In this document: positions 28,201 to 41,868 of the stretch, one piece after another | How positions within the stretch are numbered: position 1 is the first letter of the stretch | How the letters are laid out: each line of letters begins with the position of its first letter | Source of the DNA: Vicugna vicugna | Taxonomy: Eukaryota | Length of the DNA: 64,000 nt | Assembly: GCA_013265495.1 (NCBI GenBank) | Contig: MU057719.1 | Span: 806,001-870,000, forward strand | Reading direction: 5' to 3' | The notes under the pieces: model-generated | Database searches by the model: none | The model's input: only the letters and a program-made list of their open reading frames with translations | What the model was told of the DNA's origin: nothing | Position numbers and translations under genes: made by a program

Positions 28201-29230
28201 GAGGTCTGGAGCAGATACGGGCAGGTGAATCAACAGAGCAGGCGTTAAATGGGAAGGTCTCGGTATCATCTGTTAACGCCCCCGGGAGCGTCCACTACGG
28301 GAGGGACACGAACAGCTGGGTGAGAGATGGGATCGCCTTGCCAATGGACGGGGGCCAGCCTCTGGCGCTGATCACCCCACTGACGGCACAGTGGGTGCGT
28401 GGATGGAACAGCCATGGTGGCAGGGATAGAAAGTACGCCCAGACTCCAGAGTGCCGGCCCTCGCTCACCCAGGCTGTCCTAGCCACTTCCGCTAGTGAGG
28501 TCCGGCCTCGCGGCACCAGCTCCAAGCCTGGGACGAGCGCCTTCGCTCCGGGGACCGTCCGCTCTGTGATGGGGCGGATTTCCATTAGACCCCTTCTATC
28601 CTGAGAGGGGAAGTGCTTCGCCTTATTCTGAACACGAGGGTGACTTTCCCGCCCACAGGGCCTGCGCCGGCCCCAACACCCGAGGGCTCACAGGGCACTC
28701 GACCCCCTGAGACAGGACCCCACAGGGCCCTGCACTGGACAGCGGTACTCACTTTGCAGCCAAGGAGGTGCCACGGCCGCACGTGACCGCGAGACCACCT
28801 GCCTATCGCTCGCGGCATCCCAGGAGCCTCCAGCCTGAGCGGCCCGGGACGGGGCGGGGCGAGGCGCGGCTCAGAGGCGGCGGCACCCCGTGGCACGGGC
28901 CGAGGGGCGCCTCTGGGACGGGGTACGCACCCAAGCCGACCCGGTCACGGGGTGCTGTGCTCCCTGCGGGTGGACCACACGGATCTGGGAGCCAAGAGAT
29001 GGCGGTAGCTCTGCCGTGCTTTCCCGTGACCATGTGGGGACTTGAGGTTTCCCGAGCCTCCAGCTCTTGGTCTGTGGGTTTAGAGGTCCTGATTCCCAAA
29101 GGGAAAACACCACGTCCCCCAGAAAATACAAGACTCTCATGGAACAGCAGGCTAGGACCGCCACCTGGTCTGCTTGGCCACCTTCTGCCGGGAAAGGAGT
29201 CAGCACCCTGGCAGCATCACTGACCCCAGC
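25250..29230 (+). pseudogene. Degenerate ERVL gag-pro-pol(RT/RNaseH/IN)-dUTPase coding region
   Basis: Track ORFs 26318-26665, 26658-26957, 27172-27429, 27377-27646, 28320-28604 and 28768-29223 each carry successive ERVL Pol motifs. The RT YIDD is mutated to YIDV and the integrase HHCC motif is disrupted. Confidence 0.85.
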
Positions 29231-29636
29231 CCCCAGGGCGGGGAGGGCAGCTTGGGCCCCGGGGCAGAGAATACATTTGGGTCCCTGCTGACCCCCTAGG
29301 ACATCTCTTGGCCTCCCCCAGCCCAATTTTGATGGCAACAGGGCAAGGGCAGCAGCCTTGGATTGAAAAGGGCCTGGAGCCCAGCAGCCCACAGCCCACA
29401 GTAGGAGGGGCTGGGACACCTGGCCAGGTGAGCCGCCCACGCTAGCAGAGGGGCTCGGCAGAGAGGAGGGAGGTGACTGGATTCAGCTGCGGCCGCCCAG
29501 ACTCCCTGCAGTTCATCCCACCAGCCTAGCCCAGCGAGGCTCCCTGGGTAAACTCCAGCGGGAGTTCAGAGGAGCACTTCTTGCCGAGATAAACTCATTC
29601 TACAAAGTAAATGGCTGTAAGCAGGGAAGAGGGCGC

Positions 29637-29991
29637 TGGAGTGGGTGCCACGGGGGTGGGGGTCCCATGCCCCACCCTGCAGGGGTGCCTGGAGCTGAGT
29701 CCCTCCCCAGGAATTTCCCTCAACCAAATAGAGCGGCCCCTGAGGGTCAGCCACCTCCGGCAACCGAGCCATGCCCCTCTGCCTCAACGCGAGGGAGCCC
29801 GAGGGGCCACTGCCACCCCAGAGCTCCCGGTGAGCCTCCCATCACACCTGCATCACAGCTCAACGTCCCCTCTGTCCAGCCCTGTCCCCCTCGCCCCTCA
29901 CAGGTGCTGCTCCCCCGGCCACACCCTGAAATGCTCCCACATGCAGACCTCCAACTCAGAGGCTGTCTCCTGGGGACCCCCACCTGAAGGC
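29637..29991 (+). mobile_element. 3' LTR (LTR16-like) of the ERVL relic
   Basis: Preceded by a purine tract agggaagaggg (~29623-29633). ccccaggaatttccctc...ctgcctcaacgcg...ccagagctcccggtgag...ctgcatcacagctcaacgtcccctctgtccagccctg...cacaggtgctgctccc...ctcagaggctgtctcctggggacccccacctg resembles the recalled LTR16 consensus. The TATA and AATAAA appear decayed. Confidence 0.72.
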
Positions 29992-30301
29992 GGGTGTCCA
30001 GTCTGTCTCAGGGGCAGCTGCAAGGGAAGATGTAGAAATCCACGGTCCCCATTAGACTCTGGGGCCGCTGGGGAAGCTCGTCAGCTGAGAAGCAGTGCGG
30101 GGAGCTGGGGGTGGCTCTCCTGACTGGAGACCCCCTCCAGGACAGCAGCTGAACACCTAACTCTGCACCAGGCTGACCTGGGCCCGAGACCCAGCTGGGC
30201 CACTTATGATCCATGACCAGTCAAGTCACCGATCTCTGCCCGGGTTTCTCCATCTACAAAGTGAGGCTGTGAACACCGGCCATGGTGGGACTTGGAAATC
30301 A

Positions 30302-31048
<747 letters not shown>

Positions 31049-33056
31049 TCACGTGAGCCGGACCAGCCGGAGGAGGATGGGGGGCCGGGAGGGGCGGCAC
31101 CACACGCTCGGGACCTCTGGCAGCCCGTCCCTGGGAGCCTCCCCAAACACCCGAAGACAGGAAACTCCACATCGCGGGGGAGTGGACGTTTTGTCTGTGC
31201 AAAGCATGTGGCCCTGGCCAGGGAGACGCGAGTCCTCCTTCTTATCAGCTGAAAATAAACAAGGACTTGTCTAGACAACCGCAGATGGCTGGCCCGGGGC
31301 CCGCCTGGTCCCGTGGGTCCGGCGGCCCCTGAAGGGGCCGGGGGCTGCGAGGTGAGGAGAAGCATCGGCCCGAGTGGCAGGGTCTAGACACACCCGGGCT
31401 GACAGGTGGCAGCCAGGCTGGGGCTGGGCCATCCAGCCTGGTTCTGCTGCAGGCTTGCTAGGTGACCCGCGCGAGATGCCCCGCAGCTTCCCACTGACAG
31501 GAGGAGGGAACCGCAGTGTCCCTTCAGGGGGCAGTCCTGTCCCAGCAGTCCCACCGGCCCACCCCAAGCTGACCAGTTCCGCACACCCGCTGCGAGCGTG
31601 ACATTCTGCTGCTCGTGCTGGGGACCCGGCTGGCTGTTTGTCTTGTGAGTCCCTTCTCCATGGCGCCTGCCTTCTCTCTGGGGCAGGGACACATGGAACC
31701 GACGTCCTCAGAAGGACAGCTGCCCTCAGGGCCTGCCTGGAGCCTGATGATGCCCAGACAGCAGGACCCTGCCTGCAACCCCCAGCAGACGGTCTCCTGA
31801 GGGCTGACCAACTGCCCAGAGCCCGTGTGACCGTCGGGAAGCTGGCTGTCCCTGGGGGCCTCAGGGCCGGGAGGGGGCAGGCTCCATCTCGGGGACAGTG
31901 TGTCTTCCAGGGGGTGCCCTTAGAGCCCCTTCCAGGAACTGGCCTGAAGGCCGGGAAGAGTTCAGCTTCCAAAGCTCCCGATGTGACCGAGGAGCAGGGC
32001 GATTAATTTATTATTAGGCAGATAAGCACGCGGGATGCGTCCATCTGTGGGGAAAAGGCCCTCCATGGAGCAACTGAAAGAGAACGTGGGTGAGGGCGCC
32101 AGCGGGGCGGGGGGACCGCGCGGGCCGGGTCTGCGCGCAGGGTTAAGTCCCCGGCCCGCGTCCAGGACCTGTTTCCTGCCGGCGATGACCTTCCTTCCTG
32201 CGGCTTTCCCAGTGCTCCCAGGCCGCCTTGGTATTTCCACGCGTCCGTTTCAAGAACCACTGCTTTGCCGCCAGCTCTGGGAACACGGTGTTTCCTGGCC
32301 TCACCGCCCTCCCAGAGGGCCACAGAGCAACCGGCCTGGCAGAGGCCTGGCTGCACGCTCTGGCCGTGGGGCCTGAAGGGCTGGGAGCCCAGGCCAGCTT
32401 CAGCCTTGTGGATCTTTAGCAGAGGCCCACCCCCCACCTCAGCATCCCCCCATGAGGGTAGTTTTACCCCGCCAGCCCTGGCCCTCGAGAGGCAAGGAGG
32501 TGAGCCAGGCGTCTGGGAACAGCCCCCACACAGCGGCTGACCTCCGCCAGAAGGGCCTCCAGCCGCCCCCTGGGGGCGCAGACAGAGCCCTTTGCTCTGC
32601 CAGCCTCCAGCCACACGGGGAGCCCCTCCAGAAATTGCCACCAGCATGGGTCTCACCGCCTCAGCCACTGTGCAAGTTACTCCAGAATCCTCAAGTCCAG
32701 GACTCCCGGGAAACCAGCTTCCCACCAGGGACCGTCCAGTGGCAAGAACGTTAACTCTAGGGCCCAGACCTGGGCTTGAACCCCGCCCCTGCTTCTCGTC
32801 GCCCTGGCTCGGGCTGGCCACCCACTTCCTCTCGCTCGGCCTCAGCCTTCCCACCTCCAGAGTCTTACTCCCTGTATCCTGGGGGCGGGGGGCAGAGAAG
32901 CCACCTCCGGCACCTCCAGGTTTCACCTGTACCACACGCTCCGGGGACGGAGAACTCACTCCCTGAGTCACGACCCCCCCGCTGTTGTCCAGCAGCTCCG
33001 AGGATAAGGTCTTTCTGCACACGGGGCTGAGGTCGGCTTCCCTGTGACTGCCCCCA

Positions 33057-33084
33057 CCACACACACACACACACACATACACAC
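33057..33084. repeat. (AC)n microsatellite
   Basis: About 12-14 near-perfect AC units. Confidence 0.9.
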
Positions 33085-33190
33085 GCAGGCCTAGTTTTGG
33101 CTTTGGGGTTGTCTTCCTACAAGAAAGGACCCAGGGTCAAGTGTCCCCTGTCCACCCAGGACCCATGCATTTCACCTCATGCAAAACTCA

Positions 33191-33388
<198 letters not shown>

Positions 33389-34737
33389 TCACCACCCTCC
33401 TTCCCGCCTGGTGGGTGAGGGACACCGTCTAAGGGCAGCCCAGGAACAGCTGCTGCCGAGCCCAGGAGGCATGTTCAAGGCCTTGCGGAGGCCCCCATGC
33501 CGGGGGAGGGCTGACCCTCCGTCCAGGCACGGGCCCAGCTTCACTGGGTTCTGAGACACTTTCCTACCAAGGCCACGGCGAGGCCCACCGGTACCAGCCC
33601 AGTTCCCCCTGACAGAGAGCACGGGCCCCAGGGACAGTAACTCTGCTGGCGTCAAACAGACGTGGGTCCGGCCTCGCCACTGTCCCCAAGGGGCCCCTCA
33701 GGCCCCAGCTGTGCCCAGGGACGAAGGGCCACTCCAGGCGACGGAGGAGATGCTGTGCGGCCCAGAGCCTGGGCCCGAGGGCATAGTCACTGTTGTTACT
33801 TAAAAACCCACGTTGTCACAACATTACACTGATTTTACAGGCTTGCTACATTCACAGATGTGCATGAGGATGCACGAGGCCCCACTCACAGTGTGTCAGT
33901 GAAGGCCCCAGTCAGTCAGGTGGGAGACAGCCAGGGAGACCCCCAACAAAGGGACCGAGGGTCTTGAGGGGCGGGGGTATGCGGAAGGGACAGAGCTGCC
34001 AGCAGGTGGTGGAGGGTTTTCTGGGGGGAAGAAGGGAGATGGCTAAAAGCCCTAAGAAGGAAAAGCCTTCCGGGAGGAGCTGGTGAGAGGGGCTCTGGAA
34101 TCGGGTTTCCTAGGGCCAAGTCACAGGCTCCCACCCAAGGAGCCCGAGGGCCCGCCTCAAGTGTCCCCTGTCCACCCAGGGTGAGCTGCTCCTGCAGACC
34201 AGCACTCACGCCATTTCTCTCTCTGCTGCCCCCTTTACAGCTCCCGGAAGACCCTGAGTTTGTCCCTTGGGCCAGCCAGCGGTGTGCCGCCAAATTCTTA
34301 TCCCACCCCCGGCCCAAGCTCTCTTGGCGAGAGGGTGGGGGGAGCTGCGATCTGCAGCACTGGCCTGTTTCTGGGGTGCGAGCACTCCCTCCACTGCCAC
34401 CCGCACGCGGGGCCGGCTTCCAGGTGCCAGCTGCTGTCGCTGGCTGCGGCGTTAGGAGAAGGGGCACAGGAGCGCACCTGCTGCCCTTGCATTTCACCGA
34501 CAGACCCAAGGATTATAGATGCAAAATGACTAGGAAGTGATGTCTTTGTTGAAATAATATTTATTTAAATTTAACCTGAGTTTGAAACCCACCCTTGCTT
34601 AGCATCACTCTTGGCTTCAAACCAGCCACCTACTTCTGTCCAATGTGGCTTATATATGTTAATTTTAAAAACAGCAACCAGTTAACAAGATTCCTCACCG
34701 TGGTTACCATGCACGCACCTACCAAGGGACCGTGTGG

Positions 34738-34950
34738 GTCAGTGGTTGCGACCACAGAACAGGGAGCAGGCTGTCTGGGTTCAAACCCAGCTCCACCTCT
34801 TTGGGCTGTGTGACCTTAAACTAGTGTCTTAACCTCTCTGTTTCCACATCTGTAAAATGGCCACAGTGTTAGTCCCTGCCTCAAGGAGATGCTGGGAGGT
34901 GGGAGCGAGTTCATCGCGCTACCCCAGCTCCACGCACAGAAAGCACTGGT
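34738..34950 (+). mobile_element. MIR SINE (near full length)
   Basis: cagtggttgcgacc...ctgtctgggttcaaacccagctccacc...gctgtgtgacct...cttaacctctctgtttccacatctgtaaaatgg. Confidence 0.85.
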
Positions 34951-35952
34951 GGAGTTAGGTGGGATTGTTTAAGGGTCGGCCCCCGGCCCCTCGCGTTGAG
35001 AGTTCCGTGAGGGCATGAACCCTGTGTGTCGCGGCCACCTGCAGCCTGCAGCGCCTGGCACACAGCATGAGTTCAGAAAGGTGCACTGCCTGAACGCTGG
35101 CTCTGCGTTCCCGGGATCTGGAAGAAGGTCCCACATGCAGGTTTGCAAACAGAAGGCAGGAAACGCGGAATGTCTTTGCCACAGCCCCTCGCCCAGGGGG
35201 CCTCTGCGCGGTGCTCTGCACTGGCCCTTCGCTAAAGACGCCTTTCCTTCCCCTGCCCCTCCTCAGTCCACACGTCCATCCGCGGCTCGGGTGTCCAGGC
35301 CCTCAGGCCAACGCTGAAATTATCCATCCCCTCCACCTGCAGGACACACAGGGTCCCGACAGCCAGGTCCTTGGGTGATCCCTCCAGGCTGGTTCTAGTC
35401 CAGACGAACCTTGCCTCACTGGGAACCTTGAGCAGGCAATTCCCACTCTGTGCCTCAGTCTCCCCACCCATTAAGTGGGTTTCAAGCTGCCCTACATTTC
35501 CCAGTTTGGAGGCTGTGTTAACCCAGTTTAACCCACAAGCATTTACTGAGGCCCAGGAACGTGTTCAGTTCAACATGGAGTGTTACAAGTGACACCCCTC
35601 CAAGAGCACAGTCCCGCCGCCCGCCGCCCGCACCCGGGCCGGGCCAGAGCTGGCCGCTCACGTGGGGCCACGCGGGGGCGGCCATGAAAATGGACAAGCG
35701 GCCGCCCGGGGGACGGGGGCTGGCCCTGTATGCAGTCGGCCCAGAGCTGGCGGGAGCCCTCGAAACTTGGGCTGGAGAGTGTAGGCCCCAGAACCTGCCT
35801 GCCTGGACTCCAGTCTCGTATCAGCGGTGAGGACGGAACGCGTGCCTCAGTTTACGCCTTTTAACTGTGGAATTAACATCTCCCTGCAGCTGCACAAAGG
35901 TCGGATGTGGTCCCCAAACCATGAGCGGCACCTGGTTTCCAGCAGGTGCTCA

Positions 35953-36573
<621 letters not shown>

Positions 36574-36974
36574 TCAGGGACTTACCTCCCACCCACTGCA
36601 ACAGCACGCCTCTCACAGCACCGATGGGGGAACTGAGACCTGGAGAATGGAAAGGACTAGCCCAGGGTGTCGGTGGCAGAAATGGACCGAGATGTAGGTG
36701 ATGGGGTCCAGCCCAGGCCCTGTGAGTTCCAGCCTCTGCCGCCCTGTGAGTGGGAGGCAGTGCCCCTCTGCAGGTCTGAGCCAGCTTGACGGCCCTGGGC
36801 TGCCAAAGAGCCCTGCACTTACCCCGTGAGCGAGAGAGGCCGAGACATTCACACTGTGGCTTGAGCTGCCTGTGGCCTTCAGCGAGGCCCCTCCCTCTGG
36901 GCCTCAGTTTCCCTGCCTGCCCACCCACCTGACAAGAGCATGCCCTCCCATTGTCTCCAGGAGGCGACCCATCA

Positions 36975-37418
<444 letters not shown>

Positions 37419-38250
37419 TCAGCCTCGGCTGCGCTCACACTGCCTGCCCACTCGCCTGCGTCCTCGGGCAGAGGCCCGACTGCAAGTCTGCAGCTGTAGC
37501 CACAGTGCCTGCGACACGTGCATTAACTGAATAGGCTTCACAGAAGAGGAGTCCACGGGCCGAGGGGAGGGGCCCGCGCAGGGGCCCAGCTGGCCATCGG
37601 GGGCCGGAAGCCAAACTGGGCGGGTGTCCCTCCAGAGCTTACCTCCAGGAGGGCAGCTGACCCATGAGGCCGCTCACCTCCCTTTAGCCCCTAACTCCCC
37701 CGCCTGTGCAGACAGACAGACATGCAGACATCGGGACACAGGCATACACATTCTCTGTCCCCCGCCTGGAGGTCAGGTTCAGGCTGGCTTTGGCCCCATT
37801 GAGAGGTGCCCAGAGGCCAAGCCAGAGTCAGCGCCTCCTGCCCGGCCCCGGGCACCCCGGGGCAGCATGCCATCGACAGAGAGGACCTGAGTGCAGGGGC
37901 GGCCCCACGGGGGCTGCAGCTGGCCTGGGATGTCCTGTAACCTTAGTCTCCCAGCGAGCACCTGGTGCAGGGCAAGCCATGAGTACAGGAGGCCGCTGCC
38001 CAAGACGCCAAACCTTGAGGGGGCGTTTGGGCTCCGCCAGCAGAAGCAGGCACCGGTGCCCGCAGCCCGCAGTGAGCACCACAGATCTGATTTGACGCAG
38101 GGAGAGGGTTTCTGAGCCCAGGGGCCCTCACCACTCTTCTCTTCAAGATGTAAGGTGCAGGCCCAGGATGGAGTGTCCGGAGGACCCATGGCCACCAAGA
38201 AGATGCCCAGAGACCTGCCTAAGAAGGCACAGGGCAGGGTGGGGCCTCAC

Positions 38251-38326
38251 CTGCACTCTGCACAGCTGGTACCTCTTGGATGTGCCGGTGCAGGTCCGGT
38301 TCCCAGCGCCCGTGACAGACGTCCTC
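38251..38326 (-). CDS. ADAMTSL2: ADAMTSL2 exon 4 ([26 protein letters not shown])
   Basis: ccaccag|G AGG ... CAG|gtgagg; 76 nt. Confidence 0.96.
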
Positions 38327-38584
38327 CTGGTGGGAGGACAAGGGTTCTGAGCTAGGGCCAGGAGTGGCCAGCTGCAGCCCCGACCCTGCTCCTGCTCTGG
38401 GATGGCTTCTGGGCACCTCCCACCCCTCCCCAATTCCTCTCACTGAGGCCTCCTTCCTCCCCGCTCAGTCCCCCCGCCCCACTCCACCAGAGCCCTTCTC
38501 ATGTCACAGGTAACTTGAGGGTGTATCTTAGCCCCTTCCCCTGGGAGCTCTGATTCCCAATTATGCCCCCAGCACAGGTCTTAG

Positions 38585-38810
38585 CACATAGAATTAGTAA
38601 TAATATGTCAACATTTACCATGTACCTGGCCCTGGGCTAAAGTGCATACACACACTCTCTTGAATTCTCAGAAATGTCAGGTGGGCTCTATCTAGCATGA
38701 TCTCCATTCCACAAATTAGGAAATTGATGCTCAGAGACGTTAAGTGAATTGCCCATGGTCACACAGCTAGGAAGTGGCAAAGGCCAGCTTCAAACCCAGG
38801 TCTGTCTGAT
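38585..38810 (-). mobile_element. MIR SINE (near full length)
   Basis: caacatttaccatgtacctggccctgggctaaagtg...ctccattccacaaattaggaaattgatgctcagagacgttaagtgaattgcccatggtcacacagctaggaagtggc...ttcaaacccaggtctgtctga. Confidence 0.9.
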
Positions 38811-39161
38811 GGTAACCAGGGTACTATATGCTTTCCCTGTGTTTTCATTTCAAGCCTTCAGCAGAGAAGGCCAGGGTGGAGCCCTAGAAATGGCGCCCGC
38901 GTTCCCCAGCGCCCTGGAGCAGGAGGGGTCCCGGGGTGCACTTGTCTGGGACCCACAGGAGCCCCTCCCCATGGAGGCTGATGAAAAGACTGACCCGTCC
39001 ACCTGGCCTGTGCTGCCTTGAACTGGAGACCCCTCCCTGCCTGAGACCCTCACCCATCAGCTGCTGCCCTGGGTGGAAGTCCTGGGTGGAAGTCCTGGCT
39101 GTCCACCTCCCAGGACTCCCTCTCCTGTCCAGGTGGCCCCACTCTCACGCCAGCCCCGCAC

Positions 39162-39304
39162 CTCTGCTGCAGGCAGTGCCGCTCCTGGGACGTCACCCCG
39201 GCCCCGCAGCTGCGGGAACATGCTGTCCACTTCGTCCACTCTCCCCACCAGTAGGCGGTGGCATCGGTGCCCGCCTCCAGGCTGTTAGACGTTGGGCTGT
39301 TGTC
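39162..39304 (-). CDS. ADAMTSL2: ADAMTSL2 exon 3 (TSR1, [18 protein letters not shown])
   Basis: acccag|GAC ... CAG AG|gtgcgg; 143 nt; WxxWxxW C-mannosylation and CxxSCxxG O-fucosylation consensus present. Confidence 0.97.
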
Positions 39305-39849
39305 CTGGGTGAGAGGCCCCACGACGGTTAGAAGGAGGCGGAAGCACCTGGCCGGACGGGCCTGCCGTCCTTGGGCCCTGGACAGGAGGACACAGTCCCC
39401 TGGGTGGGTTGCTCAAAGCCTGGGCTCAGATCTCGGGGTGGCCTTAGAAGGCCCTCCCGGGGAGTTGCAGGCCCCATCTTGGGATCAGGAAGACCCTGGG
39501 AATGTGGCGGGGTCCTGAGGCCGGACCTAACCATCCTCTATATCCCCCAGCAGCCTGGGGCCTGGCCTGGGTTCTGCAGGACACAACCCACCCTGTCTGC
39601 TCACCAGGCCTTCGCTCAGGAAGAAAGCCCTCAGGCTGTGCAGCTCTGGTCCTGCCAAATTGGCAAGGACTCTGGCGGGACCAGAGCCCCCCGCTCAGGG
39701 GCTGGTTGGCCTGGCTGTAAAACATGCTCCTGGGAGCTGGGGGGGTGCTCTGGGAAGGTGCTCCAGGACCCCCGGACGTGTGCCCCACACCCGTGAAGCA
39801 GCCCTCCATCGTCAGCCCTTCTGGGTGAGGGACCACACTCCCCACTCAC

Positions 39850-39939
39850 CGTGGACCCAGTGGATGATGCACCCCCAGCCACAAGTGCCACAGCCAGCAG
39901 GGACCATGCCCAGCGTGAAGGCCGCCATCTGCCATCCAT
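39850..39939 (-). CDS. ADAMTSL2: ADAMTSL2 exon 2 coding part (signal peptide, MDGRWRPSRWAWSLLAVALVAGGASSTGST)
   Basis: ATG at 39939; donor ACG|gtgagt; 90 nt. The likely exon acceptor is ctcttccaacaag|G at 40088. The 18 coding exons sum to 2868 nt = 955 aa + stop. Confidence 0.95.
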
Positions 39940-41657
39940 CCTAGGAAGCAAGGCCACTGTCACTGCCGGGCCAGGCCCAGCTCCTCTTCCAGCTGGCCAG
40001 GGTCCGCTGTGGGGGAAAGCCGTCAGGGCCCAACCAGTGCTGAGGCCTGAGGTTATCTGGAATCAGTTGGTAGTGACTGCCTGGCGGCCTTGTTGGAAGA
40101 GTTCGATGAGTGATTAGGGATGCCTGCCACAGGCTTGAGACAATAGGGTGGTGATATGTGTGCTAAGCCTGTGCCACCTGACCTGAGGGCATCTGGGGAC
40201 CTGGGCCATGCTTTGCCTCTGAATACCTGAGCTCCCTGGAGAACGCCTGGGGAGAAACCTGTAGGCCAAGGCTGCATCCACTGGATCAAGGAGCTGAGGA
40301 CTAACTGGTCCATTATTTTGACCAGGAGGCCTGGCCCAAGCAAGAGCACCTTGAGATTTTTATCTGCTCAGCACTTGCTGGCGACGTGGGAGAATGACCC
40401 TCCCCACCGGCTACCTGGACCTGCAGCCGGGGGTCCATGGATGCCATGGGCTCTGCCAGGCCCTTCCCCTCCCTGGCCACAGCCTCCCCCTGCCCCTGAG
40501 GGAACTGGGCCCCCACCACCCACAGAGAAGACGCACGGATGGTGTTCGGGAATGTGGAGTGCAGGCGGCCCAGGGCCACGGAGCTGTCTTCTTCCCAAGA
40601 ATTCAGCACCCCCAGCCCAAAGCACTACTTGACTTCCCTGCCGGGGGTCAAATCAAGAGGAGATTCCAGCCTCCTGGGCCCTCAGCCCCCTCTTTCTACC
40701 CCCAAGAAGGGAGGAACAGGGCCTGCAGTGGCCTCTGTCCAGGGTTTGTCTCAGGTCCTAAGTGCCACTTGCCAGCAGGTTGAAGAAGGGGTTTCAGAAA
40801 CCACCAGTTCATCCCCCTATAGCCTGGAACCAGAGAGGGAAACCAACTTGCCCAAAGCCACACAGCAAGGTGGCTGACTAACCCCCAGAACCCATAGCAA
40901 ACTTGGCGACTAGTCCCCTGCATCCGGCTAATTCTAAGGAAAGAAGGTATGGAAATCCCTCCTTCCCCCACGCCTGCCAGCCCCGAAACCAGCTCCACAT
41001 GTGTTCCTCTCTCTCCTCCGTCAAGCCCTCATTTCCTCACAGCTCAAGCACCTGCACGTTTTCAGGAGCTACGCCAGTGACACCCTTGTGCCCCAGGAAT
41101 GTCTCTGCCCAAGGCGAGGCAGCAGTGCAGCCTGGAGTTCGGGGCTGCGGGCCCCGAGCTCTCCAGCACCCCAGCCACCTGCCTGCCGCCTCCCCGCCCT
41201 GCTGCCACCCCTCCCCCGCAGGCCTCCATCTGCACCCCCACCAGGCCCCTGCAAGCACAGAGCCCCCTCGGCGGTCCTGTTGGCTAATTGGTGCCCCGGC
41301 TCCTGCCTGCAGGCTGAAGACAGGTGCTGAGCCGGCCGCACACTTGGTTTTCATTAAGGCTCCCAGACACCGCTGGCTTCAGGCCAGGCCCGGCTCACGC
41401 GGGATCCATCCCTCCCTGGGGTCCAAAAACAGCCACCAGCCAGCGGGAGAGGCTTGCCCTGCAAACAAGGGCTTCAGGCGCCCTAGGCTGGGAGCTGAGG
41501 GGCCACCCTCACGGTGCTCTGGGGGTCTGGACCCCTCCCCACAAGCCCAGCTCCTGTTACATAACAGCTCCCCTAGGGGGCTGGGGGATGCTCTGCATGC
41601 ACTCAGGGCTGCCCTGGGAGGGCTGCAGTGGGAGCCAGACGGGGCGAGGTGGCCTAC

Positions 41658-41868
41658 CTGGCCCGGGGGTCAGCAGGTTGTCCTCACGGAGAAAGGGGCC
41701 GAGCCGCCGCGGGCAGGCGGCGCCAGGTGCGCGGTGCAGGGGAGGCTCCGCGTGCAGGGAGCTGTGGGCTCTGCTCTCTCCCTTCCTCCTCCTCCCCCTC
41801 GCCGCCTCCCTCCTCCACTTCAAAGAGCACCCACAAGAGGGGGTTCCCAGGGAGGCGCGCAGCCCAGT
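41658..41868 (-). other. ADAMTSL2: ADAMTSL2 non-coding exon 1 (probable)
   Basis: Begins ~25 nt downstream of a TATAAA in a CpG-rich zone, has no ATG, and ends at the strong donor CAG|gtaggc (41657). The TSS is approximate. Confidence 0.7.

Larger units (their letters stand above)
24800..29991 (+). mobile_element. Fossil class III endogenous retrovirus (ERVL, HERV16/ERV3-16A3-like), LTR-PBS-gag-pro-pol-dut-LTR, antisense in ADAMTSL2 intron 9
   Basis: Collinear ERVL motifs on +: PBS TGGTGTCAGG (25092-25101, tRNA-Leu type); gag end DQFLDPDPPE* (TGA 26319-26321); protease-like DPKHHRCP...GSWQDP; RT PFNSAVWPRKKPD (~26820), LDHL, YIDV (27157-27168); RRLLAFWSKA (~27602); RNase H VRVYTDSWAV (28111-28140); integrase AQW..SHGGRD and DSGTHFAAKEV (28738-28770); dUTPase SVGLEVLIPKG (29071-29103). 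Many frameshifts and stops. Confidence 0.88.

Noticed and set aside
25250-29230. Possibility that the ERVL region encodes a domesticated (functional) retroviral gene
   Set aside because: Motifs are split across different frames by frameshifts and stops, RT YIDD is YIDV, the integrase HHCC is lost, and no ORF exceeds ~150 aa.
39940-39963. N-terminal extension of ADAMTSL2 suggested by the track ORF starting at 39963
   Set aside because: That start is GTG, not ATG; the ATG at 39939 gives the expected signal peptide.
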